Below the pieces are notes generated by a model. That model had not been told where the DNA came from and searched no databases. It worked only from the letters and a program-made list of their open reading frames with translations. This document shows, piece after piece, positions 42,513 to 55,720 of a stretch of DNA of 64,000 bases (position 1 is the stretch's first letter; each line of letters opens with the position of its first letter). The DNA lies in the NCBI RefSeq assembly GCF_018350175.1, contig NC_058381.1, positions 23,436,001 to 23,500,000 on the forward strand. The letters are read 5' to 3'. Source of the stretch: Felis catus. Its lineage: Eukaryota. The translations under genes were made by a program, and so were the position numbers.

Positions 42513-42809
42513 AAAGACATTCATCACAGCATTTTAGTGGACAAAACTGGAAACAACCCAAGTGCCCACTACTTGGAGAATGGTTGGGGCCACTACAGGG
42601 CTTTTCTATGTTAAAATAATGTGTATGAAGAGTTTTGAATGATATTGGGACATGCTTATACTATAATATTAGGGAAATAAATTTGGCTACAAAAATAAAA
42701 TACATATATCATCATAACAGCTGTATTGGTGTACTGAGGAAGAAAAATTTACCAACGTACTTGGAGTGGTTGTTTCTGAGTAGAGAGACAATGCATGAGT
42801 CACTCTCTT

Positions 42810-43037
42810 TTTTTTTTTTTTAATTTTTTTTTTAACACTTATTTATTATTGAGAGACCGAGAGAGACAGAGCATAAGCATGGGAGGGGCAAGAGACAGGG
42901 AGACACAGAATCCGAAGCAGGCTCCAGGCTCCGAGCTGTCAGCACAGGGCCTGACGTCGGGCTTGAACCCAAGAACCGCGAGATCATGATCTGAGCCAAA
43001 GTCAGACACTTAACCGACTGAGCCACCCAGGCACCTC
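42810..43037 (-). mobile_element. SINEC_Fc-type SINE
   Basis: Poly-T, typical body, flanking cactctctt repeats. Confidence 0.94.
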
Positions 43038-43165
43038 TTCACTCTCTTCTGTAGAGGGATTTTTCTATATTTTCTCCTTTTAGTCCGTGTGTTTTTCTGT
43101 ATTTTCAAGTTTTATACAACAGTGAACAGGAAAAGGTAAACATTTATTTAGAAAGAAAAAAAGAA

Positions 43166-43385
43166 GGGCGACTTGGTGGTTGACTCCGTTAAGCGTTGGA
43201 CTTCAGCTCAGGTCATGATCTCACGGTCTGTGAGCTCGAGCCCAGCGTCAGGCTCTGTCTGTGCTGGCAGCTCAGAGTCTGGAACCTGCTTCGGATTCTG
43301 TGTCTCCCTCTCTCTCTGCCCCTCCCTGCTCACAATCTGTGTGTATCTCTCAAAAATAAAGACACATTTAAAAAATTGTTTTAAA
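43166..43385 (+). mobile_element. SINEC_Fc-type SINE
   Basis: Typical body and tail. Confidence 0.92.
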
Positions 43386-43605
43386 GAAAATAGAGACCTG
43401 AAGCTGAGTTACCTACTAGATCTAAATGAAGCACCATTGTGGTGTCCAGAGAAACCTCCCCTATTTGTGTTGGGGGAATGCCACCCACCAGTGTTTCTCA
43501 AACCCCAGGAAGCATCTGCTCTATGTTGTCACATAGGGCATTACTTTATACATTATTAATATTTTTATAGAAATCAACTCAATTTTTTAAAGTTTAAGTG
43601 CATGG

Positions 43606-43828
43606 TTTTTTTTTTTTCATTTTTTTAATGTTTTATTTATTTTTGAGACAGAGAGAGACAGCGTGAGCAGGGGGCGGGCAGAGAGAGAGCGAGACACAGA
43701 ATCCGAAGCAGGCTCCAGGCTCTGAGCTGTCAGCACAGAGCCCGACGCGGGGTTCAAACTCACAAACTGCGAAATCATGACCTGAGCCGAAGTTGGACGC
43801 CCAACTGACTGAGCCACCCAGGCGCCCC
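43606..43828 (-). mobile_element. SINEC_Fc-type SINE
   Basis: Full length, CpG-rich; flanking tgcatg..tttt repeats. Confidence 0.95.
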
Positions 43829-45556
43829 TGCATGTATTTTTTAAGATGAATTTTTCACTACTCTAAATGGGAACATAGTATCACCTTCCATTAATTATCC
43901 ACAAAAATAAATGCAATGCAGCAACACAATATTACCAAATTCTACACTGGCAAGGCTTCTGAGCCTGAGCCCTGTTTTCTCTCTGTTGAATAAAAAGTGG
44001 GGGCCAGAAGGAGAATGTCACCAAGGAGGAAGGGACAGATTAGCAAAGGTTTGAATGTTACAAAAATCCCCTAGCCCAACAACAGACCCCTTACAGGCGT
44101 CAGAAAGATTGAAAGATAACTGAACATGATTTTAGGACTAGAGGGTTTGATTTGTGCTTGATGATTTGCCTGTGTAGTGTCCAAACTGCTTCGTATACCA
44201 CAAACTGGGGGCACGTGCTGTACATATTCCAAGTACCAGAGGGTCTCCTGCCATCTGTGGGCATGTGCCCAGCTGGTTTTCCACTCAAGAGCAGGTGTTT
44301 CTACCATCAACGCCTCTCCTTTGCTCCCGACATTCCAAAGTCCTGCTCTTGTTCAAGACCTTGGTGTTTCCAAGCAATATTCCTAATGCCTTCATCATTT
44401 ATTTGCAAAGCATGTTCCAAGGTTTGTAAGGCCATAAACTTGCTGATGTAGTGCCAGTTCCAATCTGAAACAGGCCAGGCAAGTTAAAAAGGGTAAAAAG
44501 ATGCCACCAGTACCAGAAAGTGGTGGAGGCCAGATAAAAGCTTAGTGAACGTAAATTCGCTCATTATACGGATCGGGAAACAGAGGCCCGACAGGAGGAA
44601 GGGACTGAAGATCAGCGACAGAGTTGGGATAGAATCCAGGCTCCCACATCCCAGCCCAATACTACCTTTCCACCATACTCCATGTGAAGTTGGCTCAGAA
44701 CCAAAGTCGCTGTTGGTGTTTAGTGCGAGAGGTTTGTCTGCTCTGGAATCTCTACCTTCAGGATCAGAAGTTAAAATCAGAGACCAATAAAGAAGAGAAG
44801 AAGTCTTCCTGCAAGCATTTCTCTTTGGGTCCCTTAAATGCCAGTGAGCTCACTCCTCTCTCTCTGGAATGACTCCCAGTCATGGGTTTGCTTGGCTCAA
44901 GGAAGAGTCACAGATCTGTGAGCTTCAGCAGAAGATAGGGACCTTATATCACTTGTGTGACCTACATCTAAAGAGACGCTCCATTTCCTGTTCCAACCAC
45001 GTAATTTTGTAGCAAAGGCTGAGTCCCAGGAAGGAATCGTATCTCGCTTTAGATCACCCAGCTAGTGAGCAGCCGTGGTAAGACTGGGATATGACCCTTC
45101 TGGTCCAAGACCAGTACTCATTAAAAAAAAAAAAAAAAAAAAACAGTTTTGAAAATAAAATTCACTTGTAAACTCGGACAAGCAGAACTATATAGTGCCA
45201 GTAGAACTCTAGATAAAATTCATTTATTCAATATATTCATTCAACAAATACTGATTGAATGGGATATGCCAATATATATTGACCAGGGATCCATAGAATC
45301 ACTGCCTGGCAGTGCTAAGGAGCCACATGAGACTCGAGGTTGTGAATTTAAACTGTGAGCCACCAGCATGATTGCGTGTTTTTCTCGAACCTTGTTGGAC
45401 TACACGCGGTCAGGCACTAAGTGAGCTGAGTCAGATCTAACCAAGGTTATGGCTTTGCCAAAGGAGGGTGATGAGGTGAAGGGCTCAGAGAGAGAGAGCT
45501 GAGGGCACTCAAGGAAGGGATTAACAAGTAATCAGAGGATTTAAAAGTGAATTTTA

Positions 45557-45728
45557 GAGGTGCCTGGGTGGCTCAGTTGGTTAAGTGTCTGACTTCAGCT
45601 TAGGTCATGATCTCATGGTTGGTGGGTTCGAGCTCTGAATCAGGCTCTGTGCGGACAGCTCAGAGCCTGGAGCCTGCTTCCCATTCGGTGTCTCCCTCTC
45701 TCCCTGCCCCTCCTCCGCTCACACTCTC

Positions 45729-45759
<31 letters not shown>

Positions 45760-45785
45760 CAATAAATAAACATTAAAAAAAATTT
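45557..45785 (+). mobile_element. SINEC_Fc-type SINE
   Basis: 12-bp TSD aagtgaatttta (45545-45556 and 45786-45797). Confidence 0.96.
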
Positions 45786-48700
45786 AAGTGAATTTTATTT
45801 TCAAAACTTTTCTTTAACTTTGCAAAATGAATTTTGAAACCTGGCTGTGATGCCCGTTCATCTTTGTTCAGTAGCTGCCCTAAGGGTGTTTTGCCTGGGC
45901 TCGTGCAGCCTTTAGATAGAGGAGGTGCTACTTGATCTAAATTGTTGTTTGAGCCAGTGCTCCACCTGAGAGCTTCAGGACTTTCCTTCCTCCGGAAGGA
46001 GGTTTTCAGGCAAATCCAGGGGCCGGTCCAAAGCTCAGGAGATGCAACCCCACGTATAAAGTCCTTTTATAGCATTACTTGCATAAGTAAATAGTGGACT
46101 TCCTATTTCTGAAAAGGACATATTTGTTCTCAAGGCTGCCTGTGTCCCGGGCACCCACTGGGGTGCTGGAAAACAAAACCAACCCTCTCCTGACATTGTT
46201 TTGAAATAGCCAGGGCACTGTGCACCCTTCAACCACAAAAAACAACCGCACGCCGAAGCCGCAATACAAGCCACACTCAGTTTTGTATTCGGCCCGTCCC
46301 CTACCTCATCATAATACTTACTAAGAACCTGGCCTCCTTTGCACTCATTGTAGGTGCCCAGGCAGGTTTTCATTGATGTCAGCAGTGGTAATGATTAAGT
46401 GGAAACACCCCACCCCATTCAAACGTCTCCCTTCCCCTGCCAATCCCCATTGTGAGCGAAAGTGCAGTGTGCCTTCCAGTATTCCTCCCAGGACTTCATC
46501 TGCAGGCCAAGTAAGGTGAACCTGTAGAAAATAAGTCCTTTTGACTCGAAACAGGCCACCACCCTTTCGGTGCCCCAGACGTCGGCCTCGGCCACTCGGA
46601 TGCAGCAACTCTTTGGAAGAACCCAGAACGGATATTCCACTCCCGAGTACTACTATAAACAATAACTATAGACACAGCAGAGCAGAGGCATATGCCTTTA
46701 CGAAAGTTTATCAGGATGCACACTTCAGATGTGTACGTAAGGTATAACCCAACAGAAAACTTTTTGATAAAGCAGAATTCTAGATCACGTCCTAACTAGC
46801 GCAGGATTTAGGGGTGGGGCGAGCAAGAACGTTGTTACCTACTTTAAGATCCCAATATTCTGGGTTGCGTTTGACAAGAGGACACCAACCCCTTGGTTGG
46901 AATGGGTGCCAATTATTGTTTAAAAAAAAAAAAAGACAATAAGAGGTAAATAAAGCAACCCTCCCCCTCCTCTTGCCTCACATTCTCAGTGCCTACAAGA
47001 GATTTAAAAAAGAAAAGCCCAGGAAATTCCAAGCATGTATACCTCCCCAGATAAGACAGAAAACCAAACTTTTTAAAGTAAGCATTTTGATCTTCATGCA
47101 AACATGGAGTTAATCTCGGGACAGCTAAGCACAATTACACAGATGAATTCATTGTGTGAAATGGTCATTGAGCGTAGAGAATGTTAGTGCCAGTTCAGAG
47201 TCCAAGCTCTGTAGGGGTCATACCTGAATCTGCTGAGTTGAGCACATGGAAACCTCAGTGTGCATTCAGGCTTGACCATTCCTTTTAATTTATTTCAGAG
47301 TTGCTTGCGGGGTGGCTTCAGGAAATACACATCGAACGTCCAGAGTGGTGTTTGAAGATGTGCAGGGTTTTGACGCGTGTTAAACTGCCAATATAAATAA
47401 AAGTCTTTGGGACCACAGTTACATATGTTAAAGCTGCTACTAAGGTAATGGTATGATTTTTATAATCCCTTACTCTTCTAATTGGCTTTTATTCATACAG
47501 AGAGGACACAAGCATTAGACTGGACATGATGGCAGCTAGGTTTTGGCTCTGGCTCCATGCCAAATTCCCCAGGAGTCCTGGGGTGCTTCCTCCCTTGACT
47601 CTGGGCCCCCATGCCTGTAAGATGAGGAGTCTGGACCACACGGTCTGGCTCTTAGTTCCCAGGCTGCAACTCGGTGGAGTTTGGAAACACCACTTTACCT
47701 CCAGGATTTTATTCTAAGCAAATCGGATACGTTTTTACAATGTAAAACACATAGGAACCTATAGCTGCATTGGTTTTGGGCCACAGTTGGAAAGAACTCA
47801 AGTCTTTGTCTTAAACACCCATCCCTGTTCCAACCAAGAGAAAATTCTGAATTCATCAAGTACGACTGGCCATGGTCAATGTGCAAACCTCAGCACCACA
47901 AAGGAACATTCCCGAGAAGATTCTCTCCATGTTTGCAACAGTGAAACATGTGCACTGAAAGAGGCCTTAGCAAGCATGGAGGCCCAGAGAGGCTAATCGA
48001 CTTGCCCAAGATCACACAGGCAGCAGGAGGGAGTGAGGACCACAACTTAAGTCACCTCACTCCCAGCCTGGTCGGGACTCGGGCATGCGCCCTTCAGAGT
48101 TCAAAACCATCACCTTTTGAATTTGTTTTCCGTTTTTCCCTACACCCTTCACAGGGCATGGAAATGTTGATTTTTAGAATTAGATCTTGTTGAAATTCAC
48201 TAGAAAAGTAGATACTGGTGAAAAAACTCGCAGTTGCCTAATCTGTAGGAGACTTTTACAAAAGAAACGATGAAGGTCTTTGTTCAGAGCTGTCCCTTCC
48301 TTATCCCCAGAAGCGTAGTAACTAGGAGACAAGAGAAGGAAAGGCGGTCTGGACCCCTCAGGAGCCAAGCAGGGACAGCCTGAGCTGCTGCTGATGTCCT
48401 AAGTTCAAATCCAAACAGGGCCTTGGTGTGCTGGTGGAGCTTGGGCCCAGGGAAAACAAACTGGAGCAAAAGCAAACCCAGGTCTGTCCCACAGTGTCCC
48501 CTGATCTTTCATTTTGGGGAAAGGGACCCCAATTTCCAGCATTCTCGAACGCTTGAGCGGCCCACACATTTGTCTGCCCCTTTTGTTGTGCCCCACCTCA
48601 ACTCAAATGCACTTGAATCCAGGGGTCATGTCCGCTACATGTCCTCCAGGGAGGGCGGGAAGGGCCTGAAGTCAGGGACAGGAACCGTCAGCTGCAGCCC

Positions 48701-50849
48701 ACAGAAATGATGCTGAGACAGAGGAGCCAGCATGGCTTGGAGAACACAGTGCACAACAGAGCAGAGTTTCACTGCTGTCGAGCTGTATGACCCTGGGCAG
48801 GAAACTTCTCCTGTTTCCTCATCTGTGAGCTGGGGGCATCACACCCCCCGAGAGCACTGTTGAGGGGTTTAAAGGAGAAAGTTCCCTTCCTCCAGCCTTT
48901 TCCTTAGCAGGCTGTCTATTGAGATGCCCACCATTTACTGAGTACCCATTAGCTCATGCCCTCCTCCTAACTGAAAGTGTTTTCACAAAGGTCGGACATA
49001 GAAAGATATGGAACCCAAGGTAGGATGTCACTTTGACACCCAACCCTCCCCCACCGCAAACCGACTACGACCATCATTTGTGAAACAGCCATGTGGCAGG
49101 TCTGGTGTCTGTCAGACGGATTTCCATCTTCCCTTACTTCCATCCCCAGTGTCCACTCCTGTAGATGACGCTTATCCCTAACCCTCTTCAGTAACAAAAG
49201 CAGGTTCTCGCATCCGAAAGAGGAGGGGCCGCACTGGCCTCAGCAAGACTCCATGTCTTAACCCCTACGTTACCCCCTCCTTGCCTTCCCCACACACGCA
49301 GTCACCCAGTTAGCTCATACCATCCTCATACTGCACACTGTTGGACACCAGCAAGGTTTGGGCGCAGAAGAGAGCGCCTGTCAGGTGTCGACCAGGCTCT
49401 GCCACTCACGGCCAATCCACTTGCGCTCCCTGAGCCTCAGTTTCCCCACGGGCGAAAAGAAGGATCTGGATGAGGTGCCTCTCAAGGGCCACTCAAGCTC
49501 AAATCCTCTGAGTGTGGCTAGCGTGGGACAAGAGTGCTCTTACACCCGAAAATGCTGCTTTTTGCTAGCTCCCAGAGGTGACAAGGACCCTTCCAACCAT
49601 TCTAAGTAGTTCGGACTTTCTTTAAAAAGATCTCATTTCCCTAGGTTTCTGACGCCCCCTGCCACTCAGGAGCCAAAATTATCCCAGTGTCAGCAGCTAA
49701 AAACAAATCAGATCAAAAAACATCCTTGTGCCTCATCTGAGCCCAATTTCTGCTTTGAACCTTATGCCAAGTCTAGGGCTTATCGGCCAGAGTGTGTGCG
49801 ATTACCATATGAAAGAGCTCTCTTGGATCATATTTAAAAGAATCCTCTTTTCAATTTAGATAAGAAAAACACCCAGTCCTCCAGAAAATACATATAAATT
49901 CCTCTCTAAATGTCCAAAGAGATTTACACTCATGGAAGTTGTAATTATCTCCTTCTAGGATAAATGAATCTTCCAGCTATAAGGGAGAGCCAAGAAGCCA
50001 GAACATTCTGCTCGAGACTGCAGCAGGGCCACCACAGAAGGTTGTCCAAGTTGTTCACTGCACAAGAGTGCTCCACTGATGAGGGGGAAGGGAGGTGAAG
50101 TTGGGGGTGACTTAAATCCACCAGTCAAGCTGTGTGCCGTGTGTGAGATTATATCAGTTCAAAGGGAGGTGCGTGCACCTTTTTGTAATCCAGCAAAGGC
50201 ACTGTATTTGCCAGCAAGCAGCCCCCAGTGTGGAGAAATAGGTGTTTCCTCTGCTTTCAAATACATCATCTCCCAAAGGCTCGTGGCAAGAGCAGACAGC
50301 AGAAAAGCAGAAGTGAAGGCTGGGTCGTGAGAAGTGCCTCTTGGAGACCATCTTGGTGTCTGGAGGGTGTTTAAACAAACCCCCAGTGCCTCTTGGCTGG
50401 CTTCCAGAAGAGCATGGTTCTAAGAAGAACCCAGTAAGAGGCTGCCCCCTGCTTCTCTCTGTCCTTCACTACCCTGCATGTAGGGCTCCGCTTAGCCCTC
50501 CCTGACCTCTCAGCCTATGCCACTGCCTGCTGCAGGGTTTTGGAACAGCTTTCCTTGTCCTTTAGAACACTCACGCTGCACTTTGCAATAACGTGTGTGT
50601 AGGTGGTCGATTTGCCTCCGTCTTCTGACTAGCCTGTAAGCTCTGTGAGGACAAACTGTGTTATATCCCGAGGACAGTGTCTGGGGCACGAAGCAGGAGC
50701 TACGAATGGATGGAAACAGCGTGAGTCAAAGGGCGTGGGTCGTGCACTTCTGCGTCCCTTTCTTCCAGGCTGAGGGGACGTTTGGGCACAGTGACATGCA
50801 ATCTCCATGACCTAAGCCCTGTGCCCAGGCTCAGGGGACACAGACTAGA

Positions 50850-51005
50850 AAAGACATACCCAATCCTGGCCTGGCATCCAAAACACACAGCTTCCCAAGC
50901 CTTGCCCCAAGAGATTCGGGTGTCTAGGGTTTGTATTTTTGAACAAGGTCCTCCAGGCGATGCTGAATTGCCTATCGGGCTTGGGAACCCATGGATATAA
51001 GGAAC
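50850..51005. mobile_element. MER5-like hAT fragment
   Basis: cccaagagattc...tgtatttttgaacaag.tcctccaggcgatgctga...ttgggaacc pattern. Confidence 0.55.
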
Positions 51006-52994
51006 GTTAGACACCAAAGACAAGGAGACCAAGTCCGACCTGAAGGTTCATGGAAGGCTTTCTAGTGGAGATGATGCCTCAGCCAGGTCTTGGCAAATGT
51101 GAGTCATGTGAAGGAAGGAGAGAACGGCGTTCTGGGTTGAAGGAACCATGTGAACAAAAACAGAAACAGGTGACTACATGGGGTGCACTTATGGGGGAAG
51201 GGCAGTGGGACTGAAGCGAAATGACAAGATAGGCCCCTGGTAGACCATCAAGCATAAATCACCCACTTTTCAGCTGGGATCCCAGGACCCTTCTGGGTAG
51301 GAAGCCCGCCATTTCAGCCACCGCCATTTTTAATCAGGCCCCATTCCTACTTTTGGTTCCATTTACCTTCTGATTTTTCTTATCTTCTTTTTCTAGTGAG
51401 ACTGGGGCCTCCCGGAATAGACTTCTGAACCCTGGGCCGTATTGCCAAGGGCTTCCTTGAGAAATAGGCTTGACTTAAGAACTCCAAACCATCCTGGCTA
51501 GAAATAGGAGATTGCTGAAGCTGGCAAAACAGCAAACGACATGGCCCCAAACGACACCTGGGGCCATGCGCGTCCAGTGTGGCAGGAAAGGGTCTTTTTA
51601 CCTGATAGAAAAGCAATGTCTGGGGCATGAAGTTCAGGCTACAGAAGGATCTGCACATCATGATTCATGTCTTTCTTGGGCCCAGAATGGGGTGGTCATG
51701 TTGGGAATGACAGAGGGGTTGCACGTGGGATGGGAGGGTAGAGCCTCAAAGACCCGCCTCCACAGGAGTGAGCAGTCCACAGGCTAGGTGCCTCAGACTG
51801 TGGGAATCACCTGTCACCCCACACCCCACTCCGGACTCCCAACTATCCTTCCCCGTCTGCACTGCCTTGTCTTTCCATGCTTGGCCCCTCCCGCCCTCCC
51901 CTCCCGCACAGTTTAGTCAACGGGCCTGGGCTGTGTTGGCAGGCTGACACTCCCTCTTAACTGGACTTTTCAGACTGGACTTTTCTAATAAGCCCAGCTG
52001 TTGGCCGGAAAGGCTTCCTAAGACCAGCTAATATGCTACAGAGAGGGGAGTCGTCGGCACATTTTCCCCTCTTTTTTGTCCCGGTGGCCTCTAGGGACCA
52101 GGGCAGATCTGAAGTTCCCAGCCTCTCTCTGCACCAAGCTGCAAACCAGGCGTCTTCTGAGTAATGAATGCCCCACGCCACAGGTCAGTGCCACCCCACC
52201 CAAGCCTGAACTATCTTGTCTGCTGCCCAGTTATAAATTAATCTCCTGTCATCAGTGATTAACTTATTCAAGCCACAGGAGCTGCTGAACCAAAACAGCC
52301 CCCTTAGGGTGAAAGAGTCTCCAACGTCGTGCGGCGTGTGGATCTGCCTGTGACCCTCATCACTCTGGCCCTTGTGCTGTGTCAGCAGGGGAGCAGGGAC
52401 AGCCAGGACAGGGGTCCTGCTCTGGGCACTGCCGCTTTGGGGCACTCACCGGCTTCCTCAGAGCGGAGATCCTCGCAGCAAAATTCTAGAGTTCGTTTGC
52501 CAAGATGGCTTTCAAAATGAGGGTGGGGTGGGCATATTCTCTGGGGACATGTGTCATGTGAAGACAAGCACCTGGGACTGATATGGAGGAAAGGGGAGCC
52601 AAACTCTGGAACGAGCTGGGTGTTGAGGAGACTGGAGAGTCAATCACCTCTTACAGCATAAGCTGTCAGAGCAGGAAGAAGCCTTGGAGGTCACCGGTTC
52701 CGACTTCTTAATTCTGCGGACACCAAGGAAGAGGTGACTCACCCAAGGTCATGCCGTGGGGAGAGAAAGAACAGATGCCAAGTTGTGTTTATGTGTCAGA
52801 AAAAGGCTTTCTTCACCACCATGGGATAGTGGGCATACAGCTCTGGAAAAAAGGCCAGGGGATCCTTCCATAGACCACCCTTATCATTTGAAGGTCTCAA
52901 AAGTAAAGTTTCTCTGTTTGTTTTTTCTGAGTCATCCTGGCAGACTTGGTCTCACTTCCTAGTTTTAGGGCTTCTCACAGCAGTTAAAAAAAAA

Positions 52995-53200
52995 TTTTTT
53001 TTTAATGTTTATTTTTGAGAGAGACAGAGACAGAATGCGAGTGGGTTAGGGCCAGAGAGAGGGAGACAGAGAATCCAAAGCAGGCTCCAGGCTCTGAGCT
53101 GTCAGCACGGAGCCCGACGCGGGGCTCCAACTCCCAAGCCGTGAGATCATGACCTGAGCTAGAGGTGGATGTTCAACCGACTGAGCCACCCAAGCACCCC
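52995..53200 (-). mobile_element. SINEC_Fc-type SINE
   Basis: Typical body; flanking tcacagcagtt repeats. Confidence 0.95.
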
Positions 53201-53209
53201 ATTTTCACA

Positions 53210-54345
53210 GCAGTTTTAAAATTGTGCCTTTATTCACTTCTGTGGCCATCCCCCATAACCCGTAAAACCCAGTCCAACCACGAAAAAACCATCAAACAAA
53301 CCCAAACTGGGGGACATTCTACCAAGAAGCTGACCAGTACCCCTCAAAACTGTCAAGGTCATCAAAAAACAAGGGAAGCCTGAGAAACTGTCACAGATCA
53401 GAGGAACCTAAGAAGACCCAATGATTAAAGGCACCTGGATGGGGTCCCGGAACAGGAAAAGGCCGTTAGGGAAAAACTAGTGAAATCAGAACAAAGTGGA
53501 GGGTTGAGGGGACAGCTCTGTCACAGTCCTGGCTCCTCAGCTGGAATGAATGCACCATAGTGTGGGAGATGTTAACAACAGGAGGAATGGGGTGATGGGC
53601 ATACAGGAATTCTGCACTATCTTTGTAACCTCCCTGCAGATCTATAAACTATTTTAAAATGAAGCATTCATTTAAAAGAATCGTGCGTGGTGCCTTTCAG
53701 TTTACCTCAGGCTGGAGCCTTAATCAGATGTTTAATTACAGTGCCCGTAACGCAGTAGGTGTGGGATAAGAAGCATCTGAGAGAGGAAAGCGGGAACAAG
53801 GGAAGGAAGGAGGAATGGAGGAGAGAGAGAGAGGCAAGAAGAAAGAGCAAGAGGGCAGGAAGAGGTCACGGAGGCACAAGATGCAAAAGTCAACGTAATC
53901 ATCCAGCAACTGGTGGCCAACTACGTGGAAGGTGGGATATTCCCATCATGGAATTTATTGGCCATAAAAAGAATCGAAGTACAGACACGCTGCAGTGTGG
54001 ATAAGCCTTGGTGAGGTTCTGCTGAGTAAAAGAAGCCAGACACGAAAGACCATATATGGCATGATTCCATTCACGTGAAATGTTTAGAAAAAGCCAACCC
54101 ACAGAACAGAGAGTAGATTGGTGGTTGCCAGGGCCTGGGGGCCAGGAGGGGATGGGGAGCCATGGCTAATGGGTGTGGGGTTTCTTTGGGGGGTGGTGAA
54201 AATGTTCTGCTATTAGATAGCAATGTACTGGCTATATACTATGAACCTTGCAAATATACTAAGATGGTTTAAATTGCCCACTTTAAAATAGTGCATTTTA
54301 TGCTGTATGAATTACATAATAAATTAAAAAATAAAATAAAATGGA
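53210..54345 (+). mobile_element. Ancient L1 3' end fragments (L1MC-like then L1MB-like)
   Basis: ccctcaaaactgtcaaggtcatc and gccataaaaagaat...gaagccagacac...gtggttgccagggcctgg motifs. Confidence 0.75.
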
Positions 54346-55519
54346 AATGTTGAAAAGTAAATACAACTCAACCTGTACTTTCGAGGAGCTCACCATGTAC
54401 TGGACACTTTCAGTCCCAAACAAAGACTGTAAACTTTCCCCCTGTCTGTAAGCTCCATGGGGGTAGGAGCTGGGGAGAGTTTTGCTCAGTATTTATCCCC
54501 AGTCCCTAAGAGGCTCTCAAGAAGAACTTGCTGAATGGAAGAATGAGTGTGTTAAGTCCTATGACAGCCAGCCAGGGGGTCACAGAGGAGAGGCTACAGG
54601 TGTTCAGGAAAATCTAGGGTGCTCAGAAAAACCACAGGCTGTGCCGTGGACAGGATTTACCTCACCACGATACCGTCATGGTATTCAAAGCCCTCCCTAG
54701 AGCCAAATCCATGCAATCCTGAGACCCCAAGCAAAGCCCTGCAAAGGCGCCTCTTTCTAACCTGCTGCCTGTTCCGTATGCCCTGGGACTCCTTCCTCTT
54801 GGACACCCACAAACTTCCCGAGGAAGCTTGAGCCAGTCTAGACCCACTCTGCTCAGCCCAGGGAGCTCATCCTCTGGAGGAAGGGATGTGCATACACCCC
54901 CTCCCCCGCCAGCCCACTGCTTCTGATACAGTGTACTGAGCAGGAGAACCGAGGCAAAAGCAAGAACTAGTGGGAGCCTCGTGAGAGCAGTTCATGGCCC
55001 GCACCCCCGTGGGCAGAGGCAGGTGGCAGAAAGTGTCCCAGAGGAGGCGACATCATTTCAGCATGAGGGGCCTTGAGGCATGAGGAATGGATTGATTCTG
55101 AAATAGTTTCTGTGTTGGTAATAGCTCCACTCCTGCTTTCATGAATGGTTGGTTGTTTTCTTGTTCACCCTCCACAGATCCTTAGAGACAGCCTGTCACA
55201 TCGTCACCATAGCCCCAATAAGACTCCCAAGGTGACCCAGCTACTCAAAGGTGTCATAAAAAAATGAAACCTGCTTTTTGATTCCTTGAGCCAGCCAGAA
55301 GGAAGTGAGTATTTTTTAAAATCCGGTTTCAAGTACCTCAAAATACTGGGCGACTGTGGCTGGAAACCGTCATTGACATGCGAGGGACTTGGAAGAGAGC
55401 TCGCCGTCCCAAGTGTGAGCTTGAACCGGAAAGAAACCTGAACTACGCATATTGTAGCTTTGACAGAGCATCGGAGTGGGAAAAGCAAAGCCTTTTCAGC
55501 CAGGCAAAGCCGGGTGTGG

Positions 55520-55720
55520 AAGACAGCCCTGCCACTTACCAGCTGTATCCTGTTAGGAAATACAGGCTCTGAGCCTCAGTTTCCTGGGATGGAACATGGG
55601 GATATGGTTCCCAGCCTGCTGGGTTGCTTTGAGAGTTAAAAAAAAAAAAATAATAATGTGTGTAAAGCATCCTGGTTAGTATCTGGCAGAGAAGAGCCTC
55701 TCAATAAATGGCAGGCATTT
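55520..55720 (+). mobile_element. MIR SINE
   Basis: ctgccacttaccagctgt...ctctgagcctcagtttcc core. Confidence 0.75.
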
